Shown here piece after piece: positions 28,846 through 39,578 of a stretch of DNA of 64,000 bases. A model generated the notes under the pieces. The model was not told the origin of the DNA. It made no database searches and saw nothing but the letters and a program-made list of their open reading frames with translations. The position numbers and the translations under genes were made by a program. The first letter of the stretch is position 1. Each line of letters begins with the position of its first letter. Source of the DNA: Candidatus Omnitrophota bacterium (GTDB lineage Bacteria; Omnitrophota; Gorgyraeia; Gygaellales; Profunditerraquicolaceae); assembly GCA_041651115.1 (NCBI GenBank), contig JBAZJY010000001.1, forward strand, positions 517,165 to 581,164, written 5' to 3'.

Positions 28846-29690
28846 TGTCTGATTATGGTTTCTCTTTGCTTTTTGTCTGAATATTTATCTGAAAAGTATA
28901 ACCCTGCTGCCTTCCGATAAATCAGAAACTGCGATATTTTGCCCAAGCTTAAAAGGTTAAGCCAGTACCTAACCTTATCTAAAATCCCTAACTCTTCTGC
29001 CCATACTTTTTTAAAATATACCCTTAATTCCTGCCATCTGCTTAAAGCTTCTTTTTTTCCAATACCGTCATTGCGAGAATGCGTAGCGCCCGAAGCAATC
29101 TGCTTACCAATAGACGCAAACGCCTCCTCCACTTTATTTAAAAACCCCGTATTGTTATCCTTATGAATTTTGCAAAACTCTCTTATTTTTTCCGGATAAA
29201 GGCTTTTGTATTTTTTATGCAATACTAAAAGTACATTTATCAATTGGACATATCCTTTATTGAATTCATACTGGCTGACTGACTGATCACCCTCTATCCG
29301 GCTTAATAGGATCAACTGCTCAACAATACGATTATTTAGAAGTATAAATCCATCTACCCGGAATATAGAATCATAAGAATAATCCGGAATTAATTCTAAT
29401 ATATTTTTGTCGCCATATAATACTTTACCGAATTTGCGCACTTCAACGGTATAGATATACGGCTTAAGCCGTTTAAGATGCCTACGTGTTGTAAAGCCGA
29501 GAGAAACATCTCTCCCAAGATCGGGCTTCTTCGCTGAACCCAGATCCTTCACTACTGCCCAAAATTCAATATCGCTTACCCCCTCAATCCCTTCGCCTCT
29601 TGCAAAGCTGCCCACCAGAATTAAAGTATCAAGATTACCTTCCAACTTTTCTGTTATTTCGTTTGCGTATTTATTAATAAGTTTTTCCAT
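28824..29690 (-). CDS. nucleotidyltransferase-domain protein (Pol-beta-like NTase fold)
   Basis: GSFARGEG...SDIEF (GS-x(n)-DxE) NTase motif; start trimmed to MEKLINKY. Confidence 0.45.
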   Translation of the reverse strand: MEKLINKYANEITEKLEGNLDTLILVGSFARGEGIEGVSDIEFWAVVKDLGSAKKPDLGRDVSLGFTTRRHLKRLKPYIYTVEVRKFGKVLYGDKNILELIPDYSYDSIFRVDGFILLNNRIVEQLILLSRIEGDQSVSQYEFNKGYVQLINVLLVLHKKYKSLYPEKIREFCKIHKDNNTGFLNKVEEAFASIGKQIASGATHSRNDGIGKKEALSRWQELRVYFKKVWAEELGILDKVRYWLNLLSLGKISQFLIYRKAAGLYFSDKYSDKKQRETIIRQWKTRIK

Positions 29691-30252
29691 TGATGACCAC
29701 ATCCGCCCATTTCTTCTGCGGCTCAACATATTTCCTCTGCATTGGCAGCACATCGTTAAAATACCTGAAGCAAACAGACTCAACAGTTTCTCCACGCTCC
29801 TTAGTGTCTCTTTTTAGCCGCCTAGCCAAACAAACCGCATTACTTGTATCAATGTAAATCTTATAATCAAACATCTGCCTTAGTTTCTTATCAAAAAAAG
29901 GCATCAATCCTTCCACTATGATGACCTGTTTAGGATTAATTTTTTTAACTTTTTTTAAACGTCTGCTCTGCACAAAATCATATAAAGGCATACAAACCGG
30001 CATACCATTTTTTAAATAATCTAGGTGCTTAATTAATAGCCTTAAGTCAAATGCCTTAAGGTCGTCAAAGTTTATCTTTTTACGCTCTTTTTTATTTAAA
30101 TGCGACCAATCCTTATAGTAATTATCCTGACAGATAATAACTACCTTGTTATCTTTGAATTTTTTCTTAAGCTTATTGGCAAACGTAGTCTTGCCAGACG
30201 CCGTAGAGCCGGCGACCGCGATTATTTTACAGAGCGAGCGGTATCTTCCCAT
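29674..30252 (-). CDS. uridine kinase / phosphoribulokinase-family P-loop kinase
   Basis: Walker A AGSTASGKTT at the N-terminus, Udk-like length. Confidence 0.6.
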   Translation of the reverse strand: MGRYRSLCKIIAVAGSTASGKTTFANKLKKKFKDNKVVIICQDNYYKDWSHLNKKERKKINFDDLKAFDLRLLIKHLDYLKNGMPVCMPLYDFVQSRRLKKVKKINPKQVIIVEGLMPFFDKKLRQMFDYKIYIDTSNAVCLARRLKRDTKERGETVESVCFRYFNDVLPMQRKYVEPQKKWADVVINGKTY

Positions 30253-31376
30253 AATTTTATCATTGAGCTTATATCGCCTATTTCATCAACCCTGGATTGT
30301 ACGAAAGCGTATCCTTTTTCGCCAAAAGATTTTGCCAAGTCTGGCCTATCCAAGAGGAAAGTAATCTTCTCCGCAAAAGCCTGCGGATCCTTCCTTTTTA
30401 CAACGAATCCGGTCTCACCATTTACCATCCATTCTCTTAGGCCGGATACATCAGTACTTACAATCGGCTTCTTGGATAATATCGCCTCCACGATTACCGT
30501 AGCCCTTCCTTCAAATATTGAAGGAAGAACAAAAATATCGCTTGCAGCATAAAATTGCGGGATAAGCTGATGCTCTATGGCGCCGGCAAAAATAACATTG
30601 GAAGAAATACCCATCTTTTTAGCCAAATCCTTTAAAAATGCCTCCTTCGGCCCTTTACCAGCTATCAAAAGTAGTGTATTTGGCTTCTTTTTTAGGATTA
30701 TCGCAAATGCCGAAAAAAGATTCGGAATGTCTTTTTGGTCAACTAGCCTCCCAACGAACAGCAATATTTGCTCAAACCCCTTATTCAAATACTCCTGCCT
30801 AATCTTAGAACCATCAGTTGCATTAAAACGCTTCAGGTCGGAATGCACCGAAATTAAAGATATACGATCCTGCGCCACTCCATATTTTTCTAATTTTTCT
30901 TTTGTTTCACTGGCAACTACCCTGATCGTATCCGACCGCTTGCAGATAAATTTGCCTAAAGCGTTAAATAAGACATTAACCGGCCTCATTTTTATCCAGT
31001 ATTCATTATCAACAAAATCAATGTGCGCCTGAATATTAAGCGGTATTTTAAACTTCTTCTTCAGCAAATATCCGGTAAAGCCGGTTGTAAACGGGTCTTC
31101 CGCGGTTATAGCGTCTATTTTGTTTTCTCTGCAGATAGCTGAACAGATTTTATACGCATCATAAATAAAAGCGAGCTTATTCCGTGAATTTGTCGGATAT
31201 ACCCAGAGGTTATCTGCCCACTGTTCGGGCTTTAAGTTTAAATTCTTGGGAGAATAAACAATCAACCTTAAAGAACCAAGTTGCTTCGCATAGTCAAATT
31301 GGCGCTCGCGCACATCCCCACGTACACTGTCTTTTTTTAACATTAAATAATCTAAACCAATTGCTAAAAGATGCAT
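30222..31376 (-). CDS. family 4 glycosyltransferase
   Basis: GT-B; LFVGRL...KG and EGRATVIVEAILSKKPIVSTDVSG motifs. Confidence 0.75.
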   Translation of the reverse strand: MHLLAIGLDYLMLKKDSVRGDVRERQFDYAKQLGSLRLIVYSPKNLNLKPEQWADNLWVYPTNSRNKLAFIYDAYKICSAICRENKIDAITAEDPFTTGFTGYLLKKKFKIPLNIQAHIDFVDNEYWIKMRPVNVLFNALGKFICKRSDTIRVVASETKEKLEKYGVAQDRISLISVHSDLKRFNATDGSKIRQEYLNKGFEQILLFVGRLVDQKDIPNLFSAFAIILKKKPNTLLLIAGKGPKEAFLKDLAKKMGISSNVIFAGAIEHQLIPQFYAASDIFVLPSIFEGRATVIVEAILSKKPIVSTDVSGLREWMVNGETGFVVKRKDPQAFAEKITFLLDRPDLAKSFGEKGYAFVQSRVDEIGDISSMIKLWEDTARSVK

Positions 31377-32549
31377 TTATCCCTTTTTATTCGCCTGTTC
31401 CGTAAAAAATTGCTCCACTATTTTTAATAGATTACGCTTAAAATCAGCGATGGAAAATTTATCAATGTTTATTTTAAGCTCGGCTCTGACTTTATCTTGT
31501 AATTGCTTATCAGAAATAATAGCGGAAATTTTTCTTACGGCATCATCCTCATCTATAAAGCCGAGAAACTCTTTGGCGCTGCCAACTATTTCCAGATGTC
31601 CGCCCTCTGCGGGGACAAACGTAATACATCCGGCCTTAATTAATTCGGCAATAGAAATCCCAAAATGTTCTTTTTTTGCATGAATACCATACTTACATTG
31701 CGCAATAATCTCTAACATCTTATTCCGAGAAACCGCCCCTTCATAAATTATCCAATCCTTATTCTTTTCCAGTAACTTTCGGAATTCAATATCATAGTTA
31801 CTGCCTTCTCCCCGTATCCTCCCAATCAGCCGCAGTGTTATATCAAACCCGGATTTTCTAACCTTACCCAAAATAGAAATAATTTCCGCTATCTTTTTAT
31901 CCGGCGAAATAATGCCTACATAGACAAAATCATTCTTTCTTGACTCCCAATCTACATTAAAAAAATCATCGGGAACAGAAGGGTATAACGTCATAGTCCG
32001 ACAGCCATAAATTGAGTTAACAATTTTTCCGGTCCAATCAGAATTAACTAAAGTTAAATTATTCAATACGCCTAGCAGATCATATCCAGAAATAAATTTT
32101 CCCAACAAAAGATATATTTTTCTGATAATAGAATCCTTATAATACCATTTGTCAATCATCAGGTTATACTTGGCATTTTGACCGATATCCATACTGGGAA
32201 AATGGATATACTGGATTCCCTTCCGTCCAAAATCCATTTCATTGTAGGTGCTGAACATAAGGTCGTATTGCGCTGCGTTTTTCTTGCAATATCTCATTAA
32301 AAAATGCTGCTTTAATAACCGGCCCTTGGCAGAATTTTTGATAAAAGAGGGCATATTTACTACTTTAACTTTGATGTTTTCTTTGTTCAAAGATGTGCCG
32401 TATAAGCTATTTATTTTTTTAAGGTCGGGCTCTTTACAAAGTATAAAATCAACCAAAAATTCATACCGCAGCGTATCTGCTATCCACGCAGCAACTGTAT
32501 CCGGGCCGCCTAAACCAAGCTCAGGATGAACAAGGGCAATTTTTTTCAT
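31377..32549 (-). CDS. family 4 glycosyltransferase
   Basis: GT-B architecture, C-terminal E...E region (AELIKAGCITFVPAEGGHLEIV). Confidence 0.7.
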   Translation of the reverse strand: MKKIALVHPELGLGGPDTVAAWIADTLRYEFLVDFILCKEPDLKKINSLYGTSLNKENIKVKVVNMPSFIKNSAKGRLLKQHFLMRYCKKNAAQYDLMFSTYNEMDFGRKGIQYIHFPSMDIGQNAKYNLMIDKWYYKDSIIRKIYLLLGKFISGYDLLGVLNNLTLVNSDWTGKIVNSIYGCRTMTLYPSVPDDFFNVDWESRKNDFVYVGIISPDKKIAEIISILGKVRKSGFDITLRLIGRIRGEGSNYDIEFRKLLEKNKDWIIYEGAVSRNKMLEIIAQCKYGIHAKKEHFGISIAELIKAGCITFVPAEGGHLEIVGSAKEFLGFIDEDDAVRKISAIISDKQLQDKVRAELKINIDKFSIADFKRNLLKIVEQFFTEQANKKG

Positions 32550-32551
32550 AA

Positions 32552-33685
32552 TTAATTTTTAGTTTCAAATTTATTAATAAGATTATATATCTTTTCAGTA
32601 GTTTGCTGCCAAGTAAATAGAGAAGAAATTCTTTCTTTTCCAGCATTGCCAAATGCGTTAGACAACTCAGAATTGCTAAGAAGTTTGATTATTGCGCCTG
32701 AAATCTGTTCAATATTGTGCGGCTCAACCAATATTCCGGTTTTACCATCAACTATCGCTTCAGGAATGCCACAGCAATTACTTCCTATAACAGGCTTTCC
32801 CTTTGCGCTTGCTTCAAGAAAGCATATTGCAAGACCTTCTAACGTACTTGGCATAATAAATAAATCGCAAAGCTCATAATAGTCGTTTACGCTGTTGCTA
32901 TCAACAAATCCCGTAAATATTACCTGATCAGTTAATCCTAAATCTCTAGATAACCTTTGTAATCTGTTATAATCAGGCCCCCTTCCTGCAATAACATACT
33001 TGATGTCGGGTATCTCTTTAATAATGGCCGGCAATGATCGAATTACATCTCCTTGCCCTTTATAATCAACCAGGCGCGCCAGAGTCAGGATTATTTTTTC
33101 TTGCTTTAAACCAAACTTTTTTTTCAGGCTTTCGCTATCTCCGGCAGATGTAAATTTTTCAATGCTTATTCCCGGGTTGACAACGAATACTTTTGACAAA
33201 GGAACGTTGGCATGGGCTGCTATCTGATTCTTAGTATAATTGCTCGGAGTCACAATAAAATCTGCCCTGCGCGCGTAAAACGAAAACAGAGCTCTCTTTA
33301 TTCCCTTGTCATATATTATCGGTTCTTCGCAATGCATAATCGAAAAGAATCTAAAGGGAATAAATAACCTTATCAAAGCGCCTGAAATATGCGATTCCAA
33401 ATCAGGTAAAACAACAAGTTCTGGTCTATGTCTAAACAATACCCATAAAAGCGTTACCGCTCCCAGAAAGACATTCAGCTTTTTTGATTTATACTTATTA
33501 AAGAAACGGCTAATTCTAAAATTCTGATTTTCATCGGGATATTCAGTATTGCCAAGTGCATATTTTCTGGCAAAAACCGTTATGTTAAACCCCTTCAAAG
33601 CCAGCGCCCGGGCAACCTCATAAGTATACAAAGATCCGCCGCTTATATAAGGGGGATAACTTTCAGCAAGAAAAATTATTTTCAT
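32552..33685 (-). CDS. family 4 glycosyltransferase
   Basis: EGLAICFLEASAKGKPVIGSNCCGIPE GT1/4 motif. Confidence 0.75.
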   Translation of the reverse strand: MKIIFLAESYPPYISGGSLYTYEVARALALKGFNITVFARKYALGNTEYPDENQNFRISRFFNKYKSKKLNVFLGAVTLLWVLFRHRPELVVLPDLESHISGALIRLFIPFRFFSIMHCEEPIIYDKGIKRALFSFYARRADFIVTPSNYTKNQIAAHANVPLSKVFVVNPGISIEKFTSAGDSESLKKKFGLKQEKIILTLARLVDYKGQGDVIRSLPAIIKEIPDIKYVIAGRGPDYNRLQRLSRDLGLTDQVIFTGFVDSNSVNDYYELCDLFIMPSTLEGLAICFLEASAKGKPVIGSNCCGIPEAIVDGKTGILVEPHNIEQISGAIIKLLSNSELSNAFGNAGKERISSLFTWQQTTEKIYNLINKFETKN

Positions 33686-33693
33686 ACTAAATT

Positions 33694-34380
33694 TTACTGG
33701 ATTTTTTTTATTATTATTGCCGGGTTTCCCCCGACAATCGTAAATGGCTCCACGTCTTTGGTAATCACGCTTCTGGCAGCGATAACAGCGCCTCTGCCGA
33801 TCTTGACACCTTTACAGATAAAAGCCCCTTCGCCTATCCAGACATCATCTTCTATCATTATAGGCTTGATTTCTTCTCCCGTGACAGGCAAGCGCTCTCT
33901 GCGATCTTGCCATCCTAACGGATGACCATCGTGATCAGAGATATAGACACGCGCCGCGATTAAACAATATTTTCCGATCTTTATCTCCTTGCCTACGCCT
34001 ATCCTTACCTGTGGGCCGATAAATGTGCTGTCGTCGATTTCTAACACCGGATTTTTATTTACCTTATATCCCTGGAACCCGGCGTCACCATGAATTGTCA
34101 CATCATCGCCGACTATTATTTTTATGTTTTCATTAACAAAGGGTAACCCATCTATTAAATTAAGATTACCACCCACCCTAAAACAAATAGATTTAAAAAG
34201 CGGAGTATAGTAAAACACTTTTAAAAACCATCTCCATAATTCCAAGCGAATTTTCCTTTCCCACCAAAAAGTTTTGTGCAAGGGGGTAATACAAGGAAAA
34301 CTAAAATTCTTATAGACCGAACCTAAAAATTCGTAGAACCTATTTTCTTTCCTTCTTATTTTTAAAATCAAGTTATTCAT
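33694..34380 (-). CDS. hexapeptide-repeat acetyltransferase (WcaF/CysE-like)
   Basis: Left-handed beta-helix hexapeptide repeats (IGVGKEIKIGKYCLIAARVYISDHDGHPLG). Confidence 0.7.
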   Translation of the reverse strand: MNNLILKIRRKENRFYEFLGSVYKNFSFPCITPLHKTFWWERKIRLELWRWFLKVFYYTPLFKSICFRVGGNLNLIDGLPFVNENIKIIVGDDVTIHGDAGFQGYKVNKNPVLEIDDSTFIGPQVRIGVGKEIKIGKYCLIAARVYISDHDGHPLGWQDRRERLPVTGEEIKPIMIEDDVWIGEGAFICKGVKIGRGAVIAARSVITKDVEPFTIVGGNPAIIIKKIQ

Positions 34381-34381
34381 T

Positions 34382-35557
34382 TCATTTTCCCCGGTTAGTG
34401 ATCAAATTCTCATAAAGCTTAAGGTGTTTCGTTAAAAAAATCCTAGCACTAAAATTATTTTCAACTAATGTTCGACCGGCCAACCCCATACGCATCCTAG
34501 TTTCTGTATTATTGATCAGATCCTTAATCTTCTCTGCTAAAGAATAGTAGTTACCCCTTTCAAATATTAAACCGTTAATCCCATTTTTTATAACTTCATT
34601 TTTTACGATAGGTATATCAGTCCCAATAACAGATTTTCCAGACGCCCAAGCCTCCAAAAACGTTAAACCAAAACCTTCACTTATCGATGGCAATACAAAA
34701 ATATCACAAGCGGCATAATATTTTGGTAGATTATCCACCGTAATTTTATTTAAAAAAAATATTTTCTTTTCTAAACCTAAGTTATTATTTTGACAATATT
34801 TCTTTAGATCATTTTCAAGGGGACCATTACCAATTATAAGACAAAACATATTATCATCTCTCATGTGCTTGATTGCTTTTAACAATGTAAGAACATCCTT
34901 TGTAGTAACTAATCTTCCAACGAATAATAATACAACGCTATTTTTAGGTATGTTCAACTCTTTACGCACTATCTCTCCAGAGACGCCTAGATTAAATTTC
35001 TCAATATTGACATACGGAGAAATAACTTTGATGTAATTCGAATCAATTTTAAATCGTTCGATAAGAGCATCTTTAAGGGTATTTGTGTTTACTACAAAAT
35101 TTTTGTAGTTCCTTAAAGAACTTTTTGCTATCTTCTCATGATATCTAGGTCTTTCCTCATTGAAAAAGTTTAAAAGGTTAAGGTGGAATGTCATAACAAT
35201 GGGCTTCTTATAATTAGCACCTATAATGCTACCAACTAGGCCCGCAGAATAGGGATTATGCGTATGAATTATGTCTACCTTATTTATTATCTGTTTAAGT
35301 GCTTTATAAAGGCGTTTATACCGAACATAATAAGTTACGCGAAATTCTAATCTGTTCTTCCAGAAGTTGCCAAATGGCTTTATCTCATGTAAGTTAAAAT
35401 TATACTTATTTCTATTAGAGCTACTTGATGGACATACAACAGTTATATCATTGCCAGCTTCCTGCAAAATACTTGCTAAATCACTCGTATATTGCTCCAC
35501 GCCGCCTAAATTTTCAGGAGGTAAGCCACAATCATTGACTATGGCAATTTTTAACAT
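34382..35557 (-). CDS. family 4 glycosyltransferase
   Basis: FVGRL, EGFGLTFLEAWASGKSVIGTD motifs. Confidence 0.75.
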   Translation of the reverse strand: MLKIAIVNDCGLPPENLGGVEQYTSDLASILQEAGNDITVVCPSSSSNRNKYNFNLHEIKPFGNFWKNRLEFRVTYYVRYKRLYKALKQIINKVDIIHTHNPYSAGLVGSIIGANYKKPIVMTFHLNLLNFFNEERPRYHEKIAKSSLRNYKNFVVNTNTLKDALIERFKIDSNYIKVISPYVNIEKFNLGVSGEIVRKELNIPKNSVVLLFVGRLVTTKDVLTLLKAIKHMRDDNMFCLIIGNGPLENDLKKYCQNNNLGLEKKIFFLNKITVDNLPKYYAACDIFVLPSISEGFGLTFLEAWASGKSVIGTDIPIVKNEVIKNGINGLIFERGNYYSLAEKIKDLINNTETRMRMGLAGRTLVENNFSARIFLTKHLKLYENLITNRGK

Positions 35558-36480
35558 TTAACAATAGCCCCTCTCCTATGGCGCGTAAATATGTTTTTAA
35601 TACACGCGAATATACCGGTAACCTTTCCTATGAAATAAATAAAAATGAGTAGCAGCCGCGTAAAACTAGGCTGCTTAATCAACGCAGGGATTCCGGTATG
35701 ATCCGTAAATAGGAAAAATAAACTACGAAATATACTAAAATTAATAAACATAAAATAAGTTCCATTTCGTGCAATATAAAAATTTGTCCTAAAGCTGCGA
35801 AGATTCCGCTGTATTTTTTCTCTAGGTGCAAAATGATGCTCAATAAGCATGTCTGAATTATAAACCACGTGATACCCTAGTTTTTTAATTCGGACACAAA
35901 GGTCAGTCTCTTCGAATACATTTGTTCCTATATAATACGTATCGTACCCACCCATTAATTCCAAGAGGTGCCTTCTTATCGATATATTGCCTCCCCGTAA
36001 ATGATCGACTTCAATAACATGCGAAATTTGCATATTAAAATTGTTAATTCTTTTTCCACTAAATGTCAACCGGCCAATTTCCCTATTACCACCTATTTGA
36101 ATTAACGGATTTGGGTCATTAATATCAATAACCCTGCCTCCCACAGCACCAATATTATCATTTGAATAACTATCCAAACAGGTCTTTATCCAATCTTTCT
36201 GTACGAGTGAATCATCATCTAGAAACGCTAAGATATCTCCTCTTGCCTTGCATATACCAATATTTTTTGACTTTGGTCTTTGGTTAAAACCATTTAAAAA
36301 TTTATAATATCCAACAAAATTGTAATTATTTTTTATTAGATTCTCGGTATCTAATTGAGAAGATGCATCGACAACAATAATCTCATATGGAATAGGATTC
36401 TGCCTTAATAAGCTGTCAATACACCTACGGACCCATTCGGGTCTATTGCGAGTAGGTATTACTACGCTAAATTTTAACAC
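35551..36480 (-). CDS. family 2 glycosyltransferase
   Basis: SVVIPTRNRPEW and LDDDS (DxD) GT-A motifs. Confidence 0.75.
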   Translation of the reverse strand: MLKFSVVIPTRNRPEWVRRCIDSLLRQNPIPYEIIVVDASSQLDTENLIKNNYNFVGYYKFLNGFNQRPKSKNIGICKARGDILAFLDDDSLVQKDWIKTCLDSYSNDNIGAVGGRVIDINDPNPLIQIGGNREIGRLTFSGKRINNFNMQISHVIEVDHLRGGNISIRRHLLELMGGYDTYYIGTNVFEETDLCVRIKKLGYHVVYNSDMLIEHHFAPREKIQRNLRSFRTNFYIARNGTYFMFINFSIFRSLFFLFTDHTGIPALIKQPSFTRLLLIFIYFIGKVTGIFACIKNIFTRHRRGAIVKC

Positions 36481-37376
36481 TTTATTTTTACTCCATTACA
36501 GTAGATATTTTTTTGAAATGGCCAAAATATAACACCAAATATGAATCCCCGCAGTAAATAAATTAATTTAACTAATGCCGCTTTTCTTGTTTCTCCCCTA
36601 GCAAAAAAAGATTTATAAAGATTCTCGCAGGTATGCCAATATACTCGTTTCAAAGCGTAATAATCCTTGATCAGTATTGTGTATTTAGCCCAAAGGAAAC
36701 CAACTCCGTACCAATCCCTTTTTAATTGAATGAGCTGCTTGCTATTCGTATTACGCTGCCGATAAAAAACTACGATATCTTTGGAGTGTTCTACCTTTAT
36801 ATTATTCCGCATACACCGATAGATAAAATCTGTATCTTCAGCGCTTCCACCAAACTTAGAACCAACCCCAATCCGATGGTCAAATAATCCAATTTTCAAA
36901 AATACATTTTTGCGCATAGCCATATTACCACCATTCCCCATTAATAGCTCACGTGGCGGATGATATGTGGCGGAACGGTAAACATCTTTTAACTGATCTC
37001 CTTCCTTAAACTTTACCAGCCACCCCAAAACTACATCTATTTCCGCATCACATAAAAATTTCTTATAAATGGCAGATAGCCAATATCGAGAGGGGACATC
37101 GTCATCATCTATTATTGCCAAAATATCACCTTGAGCTTCGATTATCCCCTTATTCAGAGCGCATGATCTACCTCTTTGTTTTTCAAAATGATATTTTATT
37201 CGATTGTTACGAATCGCTAAATTCTTAACAATATCTTTTGTATCATCAGTTGAGTTATTATCAACCACTAACAGTTCGAATGAAATCGAATCTATGGGCT
37301 CTTGGCCTAGAATAGTTTCAATAACATTCTTTAGAGAAGAAGACCTGTTATGAGTAGGTAAGACTATGCTTATCAT
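36474..37376 (-). CDS. family 2 glycosyltransferase
   Basis: SIVLPTHNRSSSL and IIDDDD GT-A motifs. Confidence 0.75.
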   Translation of the reverse strand: MISIVLPTHNRSSSLKNVIETILGQEPIDSISFELLVVDNNSTDDTKDIVKNLAIRNNRIKYHFEKQRGRSCALNKGIIEAQGDILAIIDDDDVPSRYWLSAIYKKFLCDAEIDVVLGWLVKFKEGDQLKDVYRSATYHPPRELLMGNGGNMAMRKNVFLKIGLFDHRIGVGSKFGGSAEDTDFIYRCMRNNIKVEHSKDIVVFYRQRNTNSKQLIQLKRDWYGVGFLWAKYTILIKDYYALKRVYWHTCENLYKSFFARGETRKAALVKLIYLLRGFIFGVIFWPFQKNIYCNGVKIKC

Positions 37377-38877
37377 CGCGCTTTATAAAATGTTTTAAAA
37401 ACAAATTCTTTTCATGTTTAGTAAATCCCATCTGAAATATTACTATTGCATATAGCAATAAAGAAATAATGAACAATAAAAATACTACTATATAGTTCGT
37501 AATAGACAGGACATTCATAATAAAAATTAATAAAGCTAATACGAAAATTGCCTTTAATGTCGCGATTACTAGAGTCTTCAGAAATTTCGATATTTTAAGA
37601 TCTACCACTTTGCATAAATAATACGGTTGTATGGTCAAATTAAATACAGCCATTGGAATCGCTGTGCCTAATGCAACACCGATAAGACCATATTTAGAGG
37701 CGAGAAGAATACTAAGCAGCAAGTTGATGGCGCCCTCAATAATATTGCAATATGCATAAAATTTATGTTTAGAGATTCCATATAAAACTCCATATGCGGG
37801 ACTCTGCATGAGTTCTATGGTTTGGCCAAAAAGTAAAATAAATAAAACTGGTAACCCAATTAAAAATTGTTTACCTACCCAAAGTTTTATTATCAATGGA
37901 GCATAAAAGGCCAACATGGTAGAAATAAATAAAGAGGTAAATATACTTATTTTTAGAAAAAAAAGATATTTTTGCCTAATCGATTCGTAATTATTTTGCG
38001 ATTCATATTGACTAAATATCGGCTGCGTAATCTGCAATGCATTTTCAATAAAACTTTTAAAATACCTAATCAACCTAACGGGAATAGCATAATATGCTAT
38101 GGAACCGATCCCCAACATTACGGAAATTACGAAATTATCCAAACTATATCTTAATAATGACGCGACTTGATTTATAAAACTAAATATACTGTAGCTTACA
38201 ATCGATCGAATCAATTTTAAGTCTATAAATTTCACAGTTATTGATAACGCCGGAAATGCTTTTTTCGCAAGAAAGAACTTAATTAAATATCCAATCAATA
38301 CAAGGATAGTTACAACGCTTGCGAGACCAATTATCCCATATCCTTTTGTTAGAACATAAATCACTAATACAGGTTTAATCAATTCAGTAGCAATTTCCAC
38401 CATAGACGCCTGGTCAAAGCGTAAAAAAGAATGCAGCACCGATGTAAAAACTCTTAATGGAAGTGTCAGGGAGAAGTTTAATCCCAGTATTAGAAAAACT
38501 ATCTGAAATGTTGCAATATCTTCAATATTTTTAACGTACTTTGCTGAGCCAAAAATAATCAGCAATGTTGTTATCAACAGTAATATTCCAAGCGACAGAA
38601 ATAAAAAAAACGTTGTATTAACTACTCTATTTATTGAATTATCATCTTTTTTAACGGTAAGAGAGGACACAAATCTAACAATTGCAGATGACAAACCTAA
38701 ATCAAAAAGACCATAAAAACCCAAAAATGACCCTACAAGTTCCCAAATACCAAATAGCCTGGTTCCTACGTGCTTTATAATTAGTGGCGTAAGGACAAAA
38801 CCTACTATAGCGGCAATAAAAAAATAAGAGCAGCGAAAAAATGATCCCGCAATTAATGTCTTCGGCTTATCTCTCAT
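37348..38877 (-). CDS. polysaccharide flippase (Wzx / MOP superfamily)
   Basis: 509 aa, about 12-14 TM segments, typical Wzx layout within a GT cluster. Confidence 0.65.
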   Translation of the reverse strand: MRDKPKTLIAGSFFRCSYFFIAAIVGFVLTPLIIKHVGTRLFGIWELVGSFLGFYGLFDLGLSSAIVRFVSSLTVKKDDNSINRVVNTTFFLFLSLGILLLITTLLIIFGSAKYVKNIEDIATFQIVFLILGLNFSLTLPLRVFTSVLHSFLRFDQASMVEIATELIKPVLVIYVLTKGYGIIGLASVVTILVLIGYLIKFFLAKKAFPALSITVKFIDLKLIRSIVSYSIFSFINQVASLLRYSLDNFVISVMLGIGSIAYYAIPVRLIRYFKSFIENALQITQPIFSQYESQNNYESIRQKYLFFLKISIFTSLFISTMLAFYAPLIIKLWVGKQFLIGLPVLFILLFGQTIELMQSPAYGVLYGISKHKFYAYCNIIEGAINLLLSILLASKYGLIGVALGTAIPMAVFNLTIQPYYLCKVVDLKISKFLKTLVIATLKAIFVLALLIFIMNVLSITNYIVVFLLFIISLLLYAIVIFQMGFTKHEKNLFLKHFIKRDDKHSLTYS

Positions 38878-39559
38878 TTCTAGATATCTTTCCTAACAAT
38901 TTAATAATCATTAATTTTGTTATTAACAAAAAGGCTACACAAAATAAAAGTGCAGCTAACATTTCTAATCCTTCCTCAGCAATAACTTCAATTTGATAAA
39001 TTTGCGGATATCCTTTTTTTAAATAATATTGCCCTACTAATTCTAACACAAACGTGGATAACCATAAGATGCTCGCTCCGAATATAAATTTAAATGATGC
39101 TCTTGATAACTGATATAGATATTTAAGGAAATCTTTCAAAAAAAATAAACCACCGAGTAAGAATGGAATATATACTATCATCCATAAATCATGAGATGCC
39201 TTCGTATTTAAAAAAACTAGTTTCAATTTATCATGTAGACGTTCATGAATATATGCCACCTCATCCATCGAAAGGAATAAAAATACACCAGAAATTAATA
39301 GCCATACCCAGGACTTATTAAATATTCTTTCAGATTTTTTAATAAGTTTGCGGTTTAAAATATAGTTAATTCCTGTAATTATCGAAACCAAAAATAACAG
39401 TTGCGAAGAAAACCAGGTAGGAATATTTCCTTCTTGATCAAGATCAAACAAGGTATATGGTAAAAAAATATGTAATGCCATAAGAGCACAAATAATAGAG
39501 AATAGGCTACCAATCATAAAATATAAGTAGCGTGAAATTTTTTGTTCGATATTCATCAT
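38867..39559 (-). CDS. hypothetical membrane protein
   Basis: Six hydrophobic segments; no recognisable motif. Confidence 0.4.
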   Translation of the reverse strand: MMNIEQKISRYLYFMIGSLFSIICALMALHIFLPYTLFDLDQEGNIPTWFSSQLLFLVSIITGINYILNRKLIKKSERIFNKSWVWLLISGVFLFLSMDEVAYIHERLHDKLKLVFLNTKASHDLWMIVYIPFLLGGLFFLKDFLKYLYQLSRASFKFIFGASILWLSTFVLELVGQYYLKKGYPQIYQIEVIAEEGLEMLAALLFCVAFLLITKLMIIKLLGKISRNER

Positions 39560-39578
39560 AATTTCTGATAGGTTATTC